Below, piece after piece: positions 28,208-39,008 of a stretch of DNA of 64,000 bases; within the stretch, counting starts at the first letter, position 1, and each line of letters starts with the position of its first letter. A model generated the notes under the pieces. The model was not told the DNA's origin and did not search any database. It saw nothing but the letters and a program-made list of their open reading frames with translations. A program made the translations under genes and the position numbers. Source of the DNA: Armatimonadota bacterium (GTDB lineage Bacteria > Armatimonadota > UBA5829 > DSUL01); NCBI GenBank assembly GCA_039811685.1, contig JBDHZC010000007.1, forward strand, positions 64,001-128,000. Direction: 5' to 3'.

Positions 28208-29671
28208 ATGAGTCTCGGTACGTCCGTCATCACAGTTGTCTTGCTCAGCATTTTTAGCGCATCAAGCGGAAACGCCATAGAAAAGACACCGCTCACTGAG
28301 TCTCAGGCGAAAAGGAAAGCCACCGCAGACCGAATGGATCGGCGTCATCTTCGCTCGACGACCAGAGCGGTGACTGTAAGCTCAGAGGAAATGCTTCGGA
28401 AGCCAGGTTTCCTGCAGGAGCTCCCCGGAGTGACGATCGCCAGGCAGGCCCCTTCCGTTGACTTTGTAGTCATCCCTGTAGAGCCGCGCTACTTCTCCAG
28501 ACCTGACGCCGAAGGCCTCCCGGACGGCCTCTGGACCTCGTGGGGACAGGGCACGTACCTGCCTGAGAAGAAAAAACTCTACGCCGCAATCGGAAACCAT
28601 ATCTACTTCAGGGCTCAGGCGCATCTGGTTGAGTTTGACTCCCGGACCTCAAAAGTGCGCACGCTGCCTGAGATCAACGCATCTATTGGACGCAAAGGGA
28701 CGGACTTTGGAGATGGCAAAATCCACGGATATGTGGATGAGTACAACGGCCCGCATCTCTACTTTATGACCTACTGGTGCGAATATCCGGAACCCTCACC
28801 AGATCACTTCTCCAAGGGCTATGACGGCGGCCACCTGCTTTCTTACAATGTTGAGACGGGAAAGCTGCGGGACCTCGGCACGCCTCTTCCGCGCACATCC
28901 TGGCCTTACCACCGCATGGATCGTACGCGAGGCAGGCTGTTTGCCGTGGGCGCGCTGGGGGAGTTCCTGTGCTACGACATAAATAGCCGATCAACTATCT
29001 GGAGCGGATATCCACCGCCGGGTATTACGTGGCACGAGCGCAGCATGCTGGTGGATGAGGTTACGGGTTGCGCGTACTCCACCAACTTCTCCAAAAGCGA
29101 TCCCGAAGCGCACATGGTTCGCTACGATCCGCGGACTAACCGCTTTACCCAGATGAAAAGCTCCGTTCCGGAGAACGCAGAAAACGGACTCATTGATCAG
29201 ATGCGGGCTAACACACAGAGGCGACTTTCAGACGGGAGCTATCTGTGTGTGACGCGAGGAGGAGAGCTGTTCAAATTCTTTCCTGATGAAGACCGGATTG
29301 AGGACCTGGGTCTGTGCTTCCCGGCCAAAGCCACTCAGCTTTACACTGCCGCAATGACACTCAGCCCGGACGGACATTTTGTGTACTACATCCCCGGATC
29401 GCACGGCTCAGCGCATCACCTGGGAACCGCACTCATGCAGTACGACGTTCGCACTGGCGGGCGCAAGGTGATTGCTTTCCTGCATCCGTTCCTCTACCGA
29501 GAGCTGGGGTATGTGGCGGCTGGTACGTTCTCTTTGAATATGGATGAGACGGGCGGGCGGTTGTTTGTTGTGATGAACGGGGCGTTTGCCGACCTGAAAA
29601 GCGAGACCGGCGACGTCTTTGGCGATCCGTCGATTCTGGTAGTGCATGTACCAGAGTCTGAACGAAGCTGA
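28208..29671 (+). CDS. Secreted hypothetical protein, probable beta-propeller
   Basis: GAGGAGG RBS; signal peptide; repeated YD..T/DLG blade-like motifs. Confidence 0.75.
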   Translation: MSLGTSVITVVLLSIFSASSGNAIEKTPLTESQAKRKATADRMDRRHLRSTTRAVTVSSEEMLRKPGFLQELPGVTIARQAPSVDFVVIPVEPRYFSRPDAEGLPDGLWTSWGQGTYLPEKKKLYAAIGNHIYFRAQAHLVEFDSRTSKVRTLPEINASIGRKGTDFGDGKIHGYVDEYNGPHLYFMTYWCEYPEPSPDHFSKGYDGGHLLSYNVETGKLRDLGTPLPRTSWPYHRMDRTRGRLFAVGALGEFLCYDINSRSTIWSGYPPPGITWHERSMLVDEVTGCAYSTNFSKSDPEAHMVRYDPRTNRFTQMKSSVPENAENGLIDQMRANTQRRLSDGSYLCVTRGGELFKFFPDEDRIEDLGLCFPAKATQLYTAAMTLSPDGHFVYYIPGSHGSAHHLGTALMQYDVRTGGRKVIAFLHPFLYRELGYVAAGTFSLNMDETGGRLFVVMNGAFADLKSETGDVFGDPSILVVHVPESERS

Positions 29672-29711
29672 CGCACCGGCCTCTGCTATAAAAGGTAGAC
29701 TTACGGCGCGT

Positions 29712-30584
29712 TTAGAACTCGAAGGCGTTCTTGACCGGCTTGCCGTCGAAGTCTTTGGGAATCGGGACGTCAAGCAACCAGAGGGCGGTTGCGGCTGTGT
29801 CATAGGTGGTCACGGGAGTGGCAATCTGAAATCCAGCGCGCACGCCCTTCCCGTAAGCTACCCACGGAATTGTCATGTCTTCCGGGGAATCCGTGCCGTG
29901 CGTTTTGTCGTGGCCGCCGTGGTCAGCAGAAATAATAACTACGCTGTCTTTCTCAAAACCAGCCTTCCGGATGGCTGTCATAATCGTTTTGAGACCCTTG
30001 TCAACGTCTGCGAACGCGGCAATCTGCTCGGGCGAGCCCCAGCCGTGTCCGTGACCTGCCCCATCCCCGGCGGCAAAGTGAATGAAGCACAGATTCGGCT
30101 TGTTGGTGCGAATCATGGCTGCAGCGATATCCGCTTCCTGCAGACTCTGATAGGAGCCGAGGGCAAAGGTGTCAAGAGAGCCCGGAATTGTCAGATGAAT
30201 AAACTTCTCCTTGCCGAAGATCATCGACGTCTGAAGCTTGGGATCAGCCTTCTTGGCGAGAGAAAAGACGGTTGGAACCTGCACCACGCCCTTACTGGGA
30301 TCGTACCCATTCCACAGAATGTGGTGCTTGGCGGGATCAACACCCGTGAGCATGGAAGTGTGTGAGACAAGCGTAATGCTCGGTTTGATGGTCTGGGCAT
30401 CCCACGTGAACGCGCCTTTTCTGGCTAGGGAGAAGAGCGTCGGCATCTTGCTCTCAAGCAAGACAGCCGGCTTGCCACCATCAATGGAGATTATGAAAAC
30501 GTGATTAACGCGTGGCGCGGCATGCAGCACTCCAGACACTGCAAGCAGCACAAGCGCGAGAAAGAGATTTAGTAGTTTTCTCAT
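29712..30584 (-). CDS. Alkaline phosphatase / nucleotide pyrophosphatase-phosphodiesterase family, secreted
   Basis: IISIDG, PSITLVSHTSMLTG, DGAGH and SADHG motifs. Confidence 0.9.
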   Translation of the reverse strand: MRKLLNLFLALVLLAVSGVLHAAPRVNHVFIISIDGGKPAVLLESKMPTLFSLARKGAFTWDAQTIKPSITLVSHTSMLTGVDPAKHHILWNGYDPSKGVVQVPTVFSLAKKADPKLQTSMIFGKEKFIHLTIPGSLDTFALGSYQSLQEADIAAAMIRTNKPNLCFIHFAAGDGAGHGHGWGSPEQIAAFADVDKGLKTIMTAIRKAGFEKDSVVIISADHGGHDKTHGTDSPEDMTIPWVAYGKGVRAGFQIATPVTTYDTAATALWLLDVPIPKDFDGKPVKNAFEF

Positions 30585-30685
30585 AGTAAGACCCGTTTAG
30601 ACACGAGCTACCGCTTGCCCTCCCCCAACAACGCCAGTTTCGTCACATATTAGCTACTGCGCTGTCACTTATGTTACAGAGCGCC

Positions 30686-32290
30686 CTACGAAACAGAGGC
30701 GGTGATAAGGTCTGGCTGCTCTTGAAAGGCGATTCCCGGACTCTGCTGGATCATGTAGTCCAGGTTCCACTGGCTGGTGAAGAGTCCGGCGATACGAGCG
30801 TAACGGTCTTCAATCTTTCGCGCGCCAGAGACCCAGCGCATCTGAGCAACTGCAGCCGCGTCACCATCTATCCAGCGCACGATCTGATAGGGTGTCATCT
30901 CCAACTCCGTTTCAACGCCGTATTCGGTTTCGAGGCGGTACTGCACAACTTCGAACTGCAGGCGTCCGACTACGCCGAGAATCGGCTCCCGCCGCGCAGC
31001 ATTGGTGTCGTAGAAAAGCTGGACAACCCCTTCTTCTGACAACTGCTCAATGCCTTTGAGGAACTGCTTGTACTTCTCGATTTTTCTGTTTCGGATTGCT
31101 GCGAAGTGCTCTGGAGAGAAGGCCGGAAAGGCGTGAAAGGACACCGGAGACCCCGTGCAGACAGTGTCTCCGATAGCAAAGACGCCGGGATTGGTCAGCC
31201 CAACGATGTCCCCTGGATAGGCTTCCTCCATCAGAATCCGATCCTGCCCGAAGAGCTTCTGGGGACGCGTGAGGCGAACCTGCTTGCCGGCGCGCGTGTT
31301 GCGCACCGTCATGTCGCGTTCAAACTTACCAGAGACTACGCGCATAAAGGCGATACGGTCGCGGTGGTTCGGATCCATATTGGCCTGAATTTTGAAAACG
31401 AAACCAGTAAAACTGTCACTGTCTGGCTGGACCAAACCGTTTTCAGAGTCACGGGGAGCGGGTTCTGGCGCCATCTTGATAAAAGACTTCAGAAAAAGCT
31501 CGACACCAAAGTTTGTGAGAGCGCTGCCGAAGAATACCGGCGTCATTTCTCCTCGGGACACGAGCTCCATGTTCAGCGTCTCTCCCGCTTCATCCAGCAG
31601 CTCGCCCTCCTCTCGAAGCTGCCGCAGCGGCCCGGAACCGAGCGTCTGCTCAAGATCGGGAGAGTGTAGATCGGAAGCTGTCACGGGAGCGCGCCGTGCG
31701 CCGTGCTGCGTCTTCTCAAACAGATGTACTTCGCGCGTCTGCCTGTCGTACACGCCGCGAAAGTCCGGTCCGTCGCCGATGGGCCAGTTCACCGCTACAG
31801 AGCCGATGCCGAGCACCTCTTCCAGCTCCGCCATCAGATCCAGCGGGTCGCGCCCGGGCCTGTCCAGCTTGTTGACAAAGGTAAAGATGGGAATTCCGCG
31901 CTGCCGGCACACGTCAAAGAGTTTGCGGGTCTGAGGCTCGACGCCTTTAGCCTTGTCAATGAGCATTACAGCCGAATCTGCAGCCATCAGCGTGCGGTAG
32001 GTGTCGTCGCTGAAGTCCTGGTGTCCGGGCGTGTCCAGCAGGTTCAACATGAAGCCGTCGTATTCAAACTGAAGAACTGTCGAGGTGATTGAGATGCCGC
32101 GCTGCTGCTCCAGCTTCATCCAGTCTGACGTAGCTGCGCGCACAGCTTTGCGCGATGCTACGGCGCCTGCGTGCTGAATAGCCCCGCCATAAAGAAGGAG
32201 CTTTTCAGTCAGTGTGGTCTTTCCCGCGTCCGGGTGAGAGATGATGGCGAAGGTGCGCCGCCTGCGTATTTCTGAGTGGTTGTTTTGCAT
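30686..32290 (-). CDS. prfC: Peptide chain release factor 3
   Basis: RRRTFAIISHPDAGKTT, DTPGHQDFS, NKLD and FKIQANMDPNHRDR. Start MQNNH. Confidence 0.97.
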   Translation of the reverse strand: MQNNHSEIRRRRTFAIISHPDAGKTTLTEKLLLYGGAIQHAGAVASRKAVRAATSDWMKLEQQRGISITSTVLQFEYDGFMLNLLDTPGHQDFSDDTYRTLMAADSAVMLIDKAKGVEPQTRKLFDVCRQRGIPIFTFVNKLDRPGRDPLDLMAELEEVLGIGSVAVNWPIGDGPDFRGVYDRQTREVHLFEKTQHGARRAPVTASDLHSPDLEQTLGSGPLRQLREEGELLDEAGETLNMELVSRGEMTPVFFGSALTNFGVELFLKSFIKMAPEPAPRDSENGLVQPDSDSFTGFVFKIQANMDPNHRDRIAFMRVVSGKFERDMTVRNTRAGKQVRLTRPQKLFGQDRILMEEAYPGDIVGLTNPGVFAIGDTVCTGSPVSFHAFPAFSPEHFAAIRNRKIEKYKQFLKGIEQLSEEGVVQLFYDTNAARREPILGVVGRLQFEVVQYRLETEYGVETELEMTPYQIVRWIDGDAAAVAQMRWVSGARKIEDRYARIAGLFTSQWNLDYMIQQSPGIAFQEQPDLITASVS

Positions 32291-32437
32291 AGGAGATAGG
32301 TACATGTTAGCGGCGTTGCAGGCACTGCCGCAAATACAAAAACAGGTCAGGTCAAAGAGGATGAGACGAACAAGGAAGAGCTTCTGAGTGCCGCCGAGAT
32401 ATCCCAGCATCGCTGCCTCAACAGCAGCGAGAAGGAA

Positions 32438-33109
32438 TCACTCCCACTCAACGGAGACGACCTTGGGGATCTGAAGCAGCCGGCCGGACAAATCCGCTCG
32501 TTGGAGATCCTGATTTCTCGGAATTCTGATCAAGACAGCAGGAGCTTCCCCCCCGACGCTTTCAGTCAGGTTTACGCTGAGGAAGTCAGCTCCGGCATCG
32601 CTCAAAGCCAGCATAATGTCTTTCAGCGCCCCTCTGGGGTCGATGGCAGACACGCGCAGAATGCAGTCCGAGCGCCGCGTGTCAACAATATGCTCAGCGC
32701 TGCGGACGACAGCCAGTGTAACATACATTAGCAACGTCGCGATGAGCGCCACAATCAGCATCTGCCGTCCGACACCTATTGCAATACCCACGCCAGCTGT
32801 AGCCCACAGGCTGGCCGCAGTCGTGAGTCCACGAACAGCGCTGCCCTGCTGAATGATAGTGCCTGCCCCCAGAAAGCCTATTCCGCTGACAATCTGCGCG
32901 GCTATTCTGCTGCTGTCCGTGTCCGGGCGTCCGATCGCAATATGGATAGACCCGAGCGTGATCAACGTTGCCCCCACGGAGACCAGGATATGAGTTCGCA
33001 GCCCTGCGGGATGCCCCCGAATCTCGCGTTCAAAACCGATAAACCCGGCGCACAACGCTGACAAAACTAGCTGCCCTGTAGCGCTGCCAAGAAAAGCGAC
33101 ATCAATCAT
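32438..33109 (-). CDS. MgtC/SapB family membrane protein
   Basis: IGFERE, AGLRTH, RIAAQIVSGIGFLGAG and GLTTAASLW; ACT-like C-terminus. Confidence 0.93.
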   Translation of the reverse strand: MIDVAFLGSATGQLVLSALCAGFIGFEREIRGHPAGLRTHILVSVGATLITLGSIHIAIGRPDTDSSRIAAQIVSGIGFLGAGTIIQQGSAVRGLTTAASLWATAGVGIAIGVGRQMLIVALIATLLMYVTLAVVRSAEHIVDTRRSDCILRVSAIDPRGALKDIMLALSDAGADFLSVNLTESVGGEAPAVLIRIPRNQDLQRADLSGRLLQIPKVVSVEWE

Positions 33110-33143
33110 CGACAGTCAGCCTCGCTGCTTCCCATCTGGTAGC

Positions 33144-34880
33144 TCAGGCGGGCGCCTTTACCTGCGCCGCAGCGCTGTTAAGTTCATCCAGCAGTTGCTG
33201 TCGCGCGCTGTGCACTTCCCGCGCAACCTCATCCAGAGCAATGTCGCGTTTCTCCCCCGCCCAGCGGTTGCGGAACTCGGCTTTGCCCTCCCGGGCTCCG
33301 CGCCCCAGCACAATCTGAAGAGGTATTCCGATAAGATCCGCATCCTTGAACTTCACCCCGGCGCGTTCCGTGCGGTCATCGTACAACACCGCCAGGCCCA
33401 GATCGCGAAGCTCATCATACAAAGCGTCAGCCAGAGCGCCGTCTTCCTCAACGTTCAGGCACAACAGCGTGACGTCAAAGGGCGAAACAGACATGGGCCA
33501 CAGAAGCCCGTCCACATCCGCGAACTGCTCCGCCATAGCTCCAATGATCCGCGTAACGCCGAAGCCATAGGTGCCCATAATAATCGGCTGTTCCTGACCG
33601 TTTTGATCAAGAAATTTGGCGCCCATCACCGCGCTGTATTTCGTGCCCAGCTTGAAGATGTGCCCGGCTTCGATCCCATGCTCGTCCTTGAGGACACCAC
33701 CGCAACGAGGACACGGATCTCCCCCTGCAGCCACACGTAAATCACCCCATACGTCCACGTGGAAGTCACGATCGAGATTGATATTTACCACGTGTGCATC
33801 CTGTTTGTTCGCGCCACTCACCCAGTTCCCGCCGCATCTAAGCTCATCTCCGGCAACTATTGTGACGCCACTCAAACCGCATGGGCCGGCAAAGCCAACG
33901 GGAGCGCCGGTAACTCTCTGGACTGTCTGCGCGGAGGCCAACTGCAGCTTTCGACCCCGCATCAACCTTGAGAGCTTCGCTTCGTTGAGGTCCTTGTCCC
34001 CGCGAACAAGCGCCACTACGACCCCTTCGTCATCTTCGTAAATCAGAGTCTTGATGAGCTTCTCTGAGGGAATCTGCAGAAAATCCGTCACTTCCTCGAC
34101 TGAGCGCTTGTCCGGAGTCTCCACTACTTTCAGAATGTCCGGCTCGGGTAAGTCAACAGCGTCAGTAGTTCCGATCTCGCAGCGCTCCGCGTTAGCCGCG
34201 TAACCGCACGAATCACAGATGAGAATGGTGTCTTCACCGGACTCGACAACCACCATGTATTCGTGACTCACCGAGCCGCCGATAGCGCCCGATTCCGCCT
34301 CGACAACCTGATAGTCCAGGCCCAGCCTCTTGAGAATCCGACCGTAGCACTCGTACATCTGAGAGTACGATTCATCCAGGCTCTCTTCTGAGGTGTGGAA
34401 GCTGTAACAGTCGTGCATCATGAACTCACGCCCGCGCACAACTCCTCCGCGCGGCCTGGGTTCATCCCGAAACTTGGTCTGTATCTGATAGAGCATGAGG
34501 GGCATCTGGCGGTAAGAGCGCACCTCAGAGCGGACAATGTCGGTGATGACTTCTTCGTGGGTCATCCCCAGGACAAGGTCGCGATCGCTTCGATCTTTGA
34601 GGCGGAAGATGACATCCACTGCAGAGCGGCCTGTCTCGTCCCAAAGCTCCTGAGGGTGAAGAGCGGGCAGCAGCAACTCCTGCCCGCCAACGCGGTTGTT
34701 CTCTTCCCGCACGATATTGGCCACCTTGCGCAACACCCGGTTGCCCAGCGGCAGCCAGGAGTAGACTCCGCTGGCCAGCTTTCTCAGATACCCGGCCCGC
34801 AACAGAAGCTGGTGGCTGATGAGTTCCGCCTCTGAGGGCACCTCACGCAGAGTGGGAATGAACGCCCGGGAATAACGCAC
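33144..34880 (-). CDS. proS: Proline--tRNA ligase (bacterial type with editing domain)
   Basis: SHQLLLRAG, KFRDEPRPR, GHIFKLGTKYS and GVKFKDADLIGIP. Confidence 0.97.
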   Translation of the reverse strand: MRYSRAFIPTLREVPSEAELISHQLLLRAGYLRKLASGVYSWLPLGNRVLRKVANIVREENNRVGGQELLLPALHPQELWDETGRSAVDVIFRLKDRSDRDLVLGMTHEEVITDIVRSEVRSYRQMPLMLYQIQTKFRDEPRPRGGVVRGREFMMHDCYSFHTSEESLDESYSQMYECYGRILKRLGLDYQVVEAESGAIGGSVSHEYMVVVESGEDTILICDSCGYAANAERCEIGTTDAVDLPEPDILKVVETPDKRSVEEVTDFLQIPSEKLIKTLIYEDDEGVVVALVRGDKDLNEAKLSRLMRGRKLQLASAQTVQRVTGAPVGFAGPCGLSGVTIVAGDELRCGGNWVSGANKQDAHVVNINLDRDFHVDVWGDLRVAAGGDPCPRCGGVLKDEHGIEAGHIFKLGTKYSAVMGAKFLDQNGQEQPIIMGTYGFGVTRIIGAMAEQFADVDGLLWPMSVSPFDVTLLCLNVEEDGALADALYDELRDLGLAVLYDDRTERAGVKFKDADLIGIPLQIVLGRGAREGKAEFRNRWAGEKRDIALDEVAREVHSARQQLLDELNSAAAQVKAPA

Positions 34881-34992
34881 GAGGACTGTTTCCTTTCCGT
34901 TGTGACAATTCGCGTCGAGCCGTCACTGCTCCGACCAACGGGAGTATAGCGTAACGCGCAAGGCTCTATCTGTCAATTCTGCAGGCGAGCGC

Positions 34993-35484
34993 CTAAAGCC
35001 TGCCGGCCGGTATCCGACGGTCCAAAACAGGTGTCAGATCGTACTGCACAGCAACTTCTCTGCACGCCTCAAAGAACTTGCATTTTGAGCAGTCCCGCCA
35101 GATTTTTTGGGGAAACGTTGAGCGCGGAACCTGCCGAAAACCCAGCTTTTCGAAAAAGTGTGGCACTGCAGTCAACGCAAAAACGCAGGAGAGTCCGAGA
35201 ACGGCAGCTTCCTCGAGGCAGGCGTTAACCAGGCTTTTCCCAAGTCCTGTTCCCTGCGCCTCATCCGCTACGACCAGCGAGCGAACTTCCGCCAGATCGC
35301 CGCCCATAATCTTGAGGGAGGAACAGCCCACAATGCCGCCCTTGACCTCGGCAACGAAGAAGTCCCGCAGCGCATCGCACAGCTCCTCTTCAGAGCGCGG
35401 TAACACGTTGCCGATCCCTGCCTGCCGGTTGATGAGCTTCGCGATCCCGGGAACATCAGCTATGCGTGCTTTGCGTATCTCCAT
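34993..35484 (-). CDS. GNAT N-acetyltransferase (short ArgA-like)
   Basis: LPRS, LAEVRSL, QGTGLG, FFEKLGF and PQKIWRDC motifs. Confidence 0.85.
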   Translation of the reverse strand: MEIRKARIADVPGIAKLINRQAGIGNVLPRSEEELCDALRDFFVAEVKGGIVGCSSLKIMGGDLAEVRSLVVADEAQGTGLGKSLVNACLEEAAVLGLSCVFALTAVPHFFEKLGFRQVPRSTFPQKIWRDCSKCKFFEACREVAVQYDLTPVLDRRIPAGRL

Positions 35485-35561
35485 TGCCGCCAGCTATCAG
35501 ACGGAAAGAGCCTGCGCGACGATCTCCGCAGTAAGACTTCTCAACAGCGCAGAAACAGTCG

Positions 35562-36632
35562 TCAATCCTCTTCCTGTTCAGCCACAACGCGCTCCACATG
35601 CTTGACCAGCTCATCCACCATGTCAGCTTCCGGAACTTTGTTCAAAGACTCTCCGCCGGCAAAGATCAGACCTACGCCGCCACCACCAGCCAGACCGACA
35701 TCCGCCATACGCGCCTCGCCAGGACCGTTCACCACACAGCCCATTACAGCGACGCGCAGCGGTTTCTTCGTCTTGATGTGACTCAGACGCGCTTTGACAG
35801 CCTGCGCCGTGGCGTGTAGATCAATGTCCGCACGCCCGCACGAGGGACAAGCAACGATGGTGATTCCGCCCTGGCGGAGATCCAGAACTCTCAGCATCTC
35901 AAGGCCGGCCTTGATCTCTTCCACTGGATCCGCAGTCAATGACATCCGAATGGTGTCACCAATACCAAGCGCCAACAGCGTGCCAATTCCCACGCACGAT
36001 CGGATGGTCCCTTCCCAGGGAAGGCCGGCCTCGGTTATCCCCAGATGCAGCGGATAATCTACCAGCTCAGACATCTTTCTGTACGCTTCAATGGTGACAG
36101 GGACTTCGAAAGACTTCAGAGAGATGACAATGTCGTGAAAGCCTTCGTCTTCAAGAATATGCACCTCATCGAGAGCGCTCTGCACAATGGCGTCAGCCGT
36201 CGGATGCCCGTAGCGTGCGGTATCCAGTGACCCCGCGTTCGCGCCTACGCGTATGGGAATCATGCGGTCTCGAGCAGCTCGCACTACTTCGCGAATCTTG
36301 TTTGGATCGCGAATGTTGCCCGGATTCAGGCGCAGCTTGTCAACCCCCGCTTCAATGGCTTCGAGCGCCAGAAGATGGCTGAAGTGGATGTCCGCCACCA
36401 GCGGCACGGGAGACTGTTTGCGTATTTCGGGGATAGCCTGGGCGTCCTCATGATGCGGCACGGCAATGCGGACGATATCTGCTCCCGCCTCGGCCAGTTG
36501 GTTAATCTGCCTGACAGTGGCGTCAACGTCATGCGTCTTGGTGGTACACATAGACTGAAGCGCAACCGGAGCGTCTCCTCCGATGCCTACGCCACCGACA
36601 TTCACCATTCGGGTTTTGCGTCGTTGAATCAT
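35562..36632 (-). CDS. ispG: (E)-4-hydroxy-3-methylbut-2-enyl-diphosphate synthase
   Basis: VADIHF, RLNPGN, PLHLGITEAG, CPSCGR and MGCVVNGPGEA. Confidence 0.97.
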   Translation of the reverse strand: MIQRRKTRMVNVGGVGIGGDAPVALQSMCTTKTHDVDATVRQINQLAEAGADIVRIAVPHHEDAQAIPEIRKQSPVPLVADIHFSHLLALEAIEAGVDKLRLNPGNIRDPNKIREVVRAARDRMIPIRVGANAGSLDTARYGHPTADAIVQSALDEVHILEDEGFHDIVISLKSFEVPVTIEAYRKMSELVDYPLHLGITEAGLPWEGTIRSCVGIGTLLALGIGDTIRMSLTADPVEEIKAGLEMLRVLDLRQGGITIVACPSCGRADIDLHATAQAVKARLSHIKTKKPLRVAVMGCVVNGPGEARMADVGLAGGGGVGLIFAGGESLNKVPEADMVDELVKHVERVVAEQEED

Positions 36633-36721
36633 AACGGTAGGTGCGGACCTTTCACACGCGCGCGAAAGCGACGGCGCAGCAAGAGCGCCTGACGCATCGC
36701 AAGTCTGGTTGTGACTGAACC

Positions 36722-37777
36722 CTAGCGGCTGTGCATCAGGCTCTTGATGAGCGGCAGGTTAGTGATGTCTTTGTACATCACCAGAACGATTATGACACCA
36801 AGCACAGCAAACCCAACGGTCAAAGCGGCCTGTTGCGTCTGCGGGCTGAGCCGGCGCCCGCGAGCGGCTTCGATAATCAGCAGCAAAAGCAGACTGCCGT
36901 CCAGCGGGCCAATCGGCAAGAGATTGAGAACAGCAAAGTTCAGGCTCAGGCCGGCCGCCAGAATCACCAGAGGCACCAGACCCGCCTGCGCGGCGCTGCT
37001 GGTTGCCTGAACAATGGCGATAGGCCCACCGGCTTCTTTGGCAATCTGTCTGGAGAAGATCGTCTGCACCAGCTTCTTGACGAATCCGAAGCTGATCTGC
37101 GTACCCCGCTGGACAGCCTCCACAACGCCAAGCTTCTTGATGGCGCTTCCGGGATAGAATCCGAGCCGGCCGACCTTCTTGCCCTTGTCCATATCAACAC
37201 GAGGTGTCGCCTGAAGGGTGAGGCGTTTGTCACCGCGCTGAACAACAACCGCGATGGTCTCTCCCGGGTGCTTCTGAATTACTCCAATGAGCTGGTCCAC
37301 TTCGCGGATGCGCTCTCCCGCGACACTCAAAATCTTGTCATCCGGCTTCATTCCAGCACGCGCTGCTGGAGAGTCTTTCTCTACAGAAGCGACCAGAGGC
37401 TGGCCAACGGGCAGGCCGGAGGCCATACCAATAACGATGAATACAAGGTAGGCAAACAGGAAGCTGGCAAACGGCCCGGCAAAGATGACGATCATTCGCT
37501 TCCAGACAGACTGAGCGTTGAACCCATGTGGTGGGCCCTCTTCGCTCGGATCCATCCCCGGAATACGTACAAAACCGCCAGCGGGAATCGGGCGCAGGTT
37601 GTACTCAGTCCCGCCGCGCTTGACGATAGTCAACTTCGGGTTGCCAAAGCCGACGGCAAACTCATCTACGGCCATCCCGCACGCTTTTGCGGCCAGAAAG
37701 TGCCCCAGCTCATGCGCAACTACGAGAATTACAATGACGGCGATGACACCGACAATACTGATCAGACTAGCGTATAT
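36722..37777 (-). CDS. rseP: Site-2 (M50) zinc metalloprotease with PDZ domain
   Basis: HELGH lies in frame upstream of the ORF-track ATG; GGFV and NLLPIGPLDG motifs present. Start inferred at ATA 37777 after GGGGAG. Confidence 0.9.
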   Translation of the reverse strand: MYASLISIVGVIAVIVILVVAHELGHFLAAKACGMAVDEFAVGFGNPKLTIVKRGGTEYNLRPIPAGGFVRIPGMDPSEEGPPHGFNAQSVWKRMIVIFAGPFASFLFAYLVFIVIGMASGLPVGQPLVASVEKDSPAARAGMKPDDKILSVAGERIREVDQLIGVIQKHPGETIAVVVQRGDKRLTLQATPRVDMDKGKKVGRLGFYPGSAIKKLGVVEAVQRGTQISFGFVKKLVQTIFSRQIAKEAGGPIAIVQATSSAAQAGLVPLVILAAGLSLNFAVLNLLPIGPLDGSLLLLLIIEAARGRRLSPQTQQAALTVGFAVLGVIIVLVMYKDITNLPLIKSLMHSR

Positions 37778-37808
37778 GGCTCAACTCCCCTGTCGCATAA
37801 TACATCAT

Positions 37809-39005
37809 CTACCTGGCCATGACCGGTGTAAACAAACGGCGGCCTTCTTCGACAATGTGCGTCGCCTGTGCTCTGGCGCGCTTATCAGTCTCAACAATGC
37901 AATCAAGATCCGGATTCCGGATGTTGTCAAAGTGAGTCATAGTTTTTTCGACGACGCGCACGATGTCGAGAAAACCGATCTCTTCTTTGAGAAACGCCTC
38001 CACTGCCACATCGTCCGCCGCACTCATAACTGCAGGCATCACACCGCCCTCATCCGCAGCTTCACGAGCAAGTCGCAGCGCCGGAAATCTTTCTGCGTCT
38101 GGCGGGAAAAACTCCAGCGGGCCACTCACTAGCAAATCCAGCCGCGGCAGATCTGTGTTCATCCGCTCTGGAAACAGCAGCGCATACTGAATGGGCAGGC
38201 GCATGTCCGGCAGACCAAGCTGCGCCTTTACACTGCCATCAACCAACCGCACCAGTGAATGGACAATGCTTTTCGGGTGGACAACGACCTTCACCTGTGA
38301 GGCCTTCACGCCAAACAACGCCTCGGCTTCCAGAATCTCCAGCCCCTTGTTCATAAGAGTGGCTGAATCAACCGTTATCTTTCGCCCCATTTTCCACGTC
38401 GGGTGGTCAAGCGCCATCGCCGGCGTTATGTTCGCCATTTCCTCGGTGGTCAACTGCGCGAAGGGCCCGCCTGAGGCCGTCAGAATCAGGGCTTCGATCG
38501 AGCCTTCCGGCTCGCCAATGAGACACTGGAAAATCGCGGAGTGCTCGCTGTCTATCGGAATCAGGCGCGCGTTGCCTTTCTGGACAGCTTTCCGCACCAG
38601 CGAGCCCGCCACAACGAGAACTTCCTTGCTGGCAATAGCGATGTTTTTCCCAAGAGCAGCCGCGGCGAGAGTGGGACGCAAACCCGCAAAGCCCTGCACA
38701 GCAACAACAAGAGTGTCCGTCTCCGGGTCTGAAGCCGCCTCACACAGTCCTTCTTCGCCTACGAGGATTTGTGTATTGGGAAACTCCCGGTTGCGGGCTT
38801 TCAGAATCTGTGCGCCTTCAGCGTCCCGCGTGACAACTGCGCGTGGCTGCCAACGCACTGTCTGTTCAGTCAGCAGTTCAATGTTGCCTGCGCCGGATAG
38901 CGACCTTACCCGGACGCGCTTTCCCAGCCGCTCGACTACATCCAGAACTTGCGTCCCTACGGAACCCGTACTTCCAAGCACACTGATTGTTCGTGTTTCA
39001 GCCAC
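37809..39005 (-). CDS. dxr: 1-deoxy-D-xylulose 5-phosphate reductoisomerase
   Basis: LGSTGSVG, PIDSEHSAI, LTASGGPF and HPTWKMG..DSATLMNKGLE. Confidence 0.97.
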   Translation of the reverse strand: MAETRTISVLGSTGSVGTQVLDVVERLGKRVRVRSLSGAGNIELLTEQTVRWQPRAVVTRDAEGAQILKARNREFPNTQILVGEEGLCEAASDPETDTLVVAVQGFAGLRPTLAAAALGKNIAIASKEVLVVAGSLVRKAVQKGNARLIPIDSEHSAIFQCLIGEPEGSIEALILTASGGPFAQLTTEEMANITPAMALDHPTWKMGRKITVDSATLMNKGLEILEAEALFGVKASQVKVVVHPKSIVHSLVRLVDGSVKAQLGLPDMRLPIQYALLFPERMNTDLPRLDLLVSGPLEFFPPDAERFPALRLAREAADEGGVMPAVMSAADDVAVEAFLKEEIGFLDIVRVVEKTMTHFDNIRNPDLDCIVETDKRARAQATHIVEEGRRLFTPVMAR

Positions 39006-39008
39006 TGA

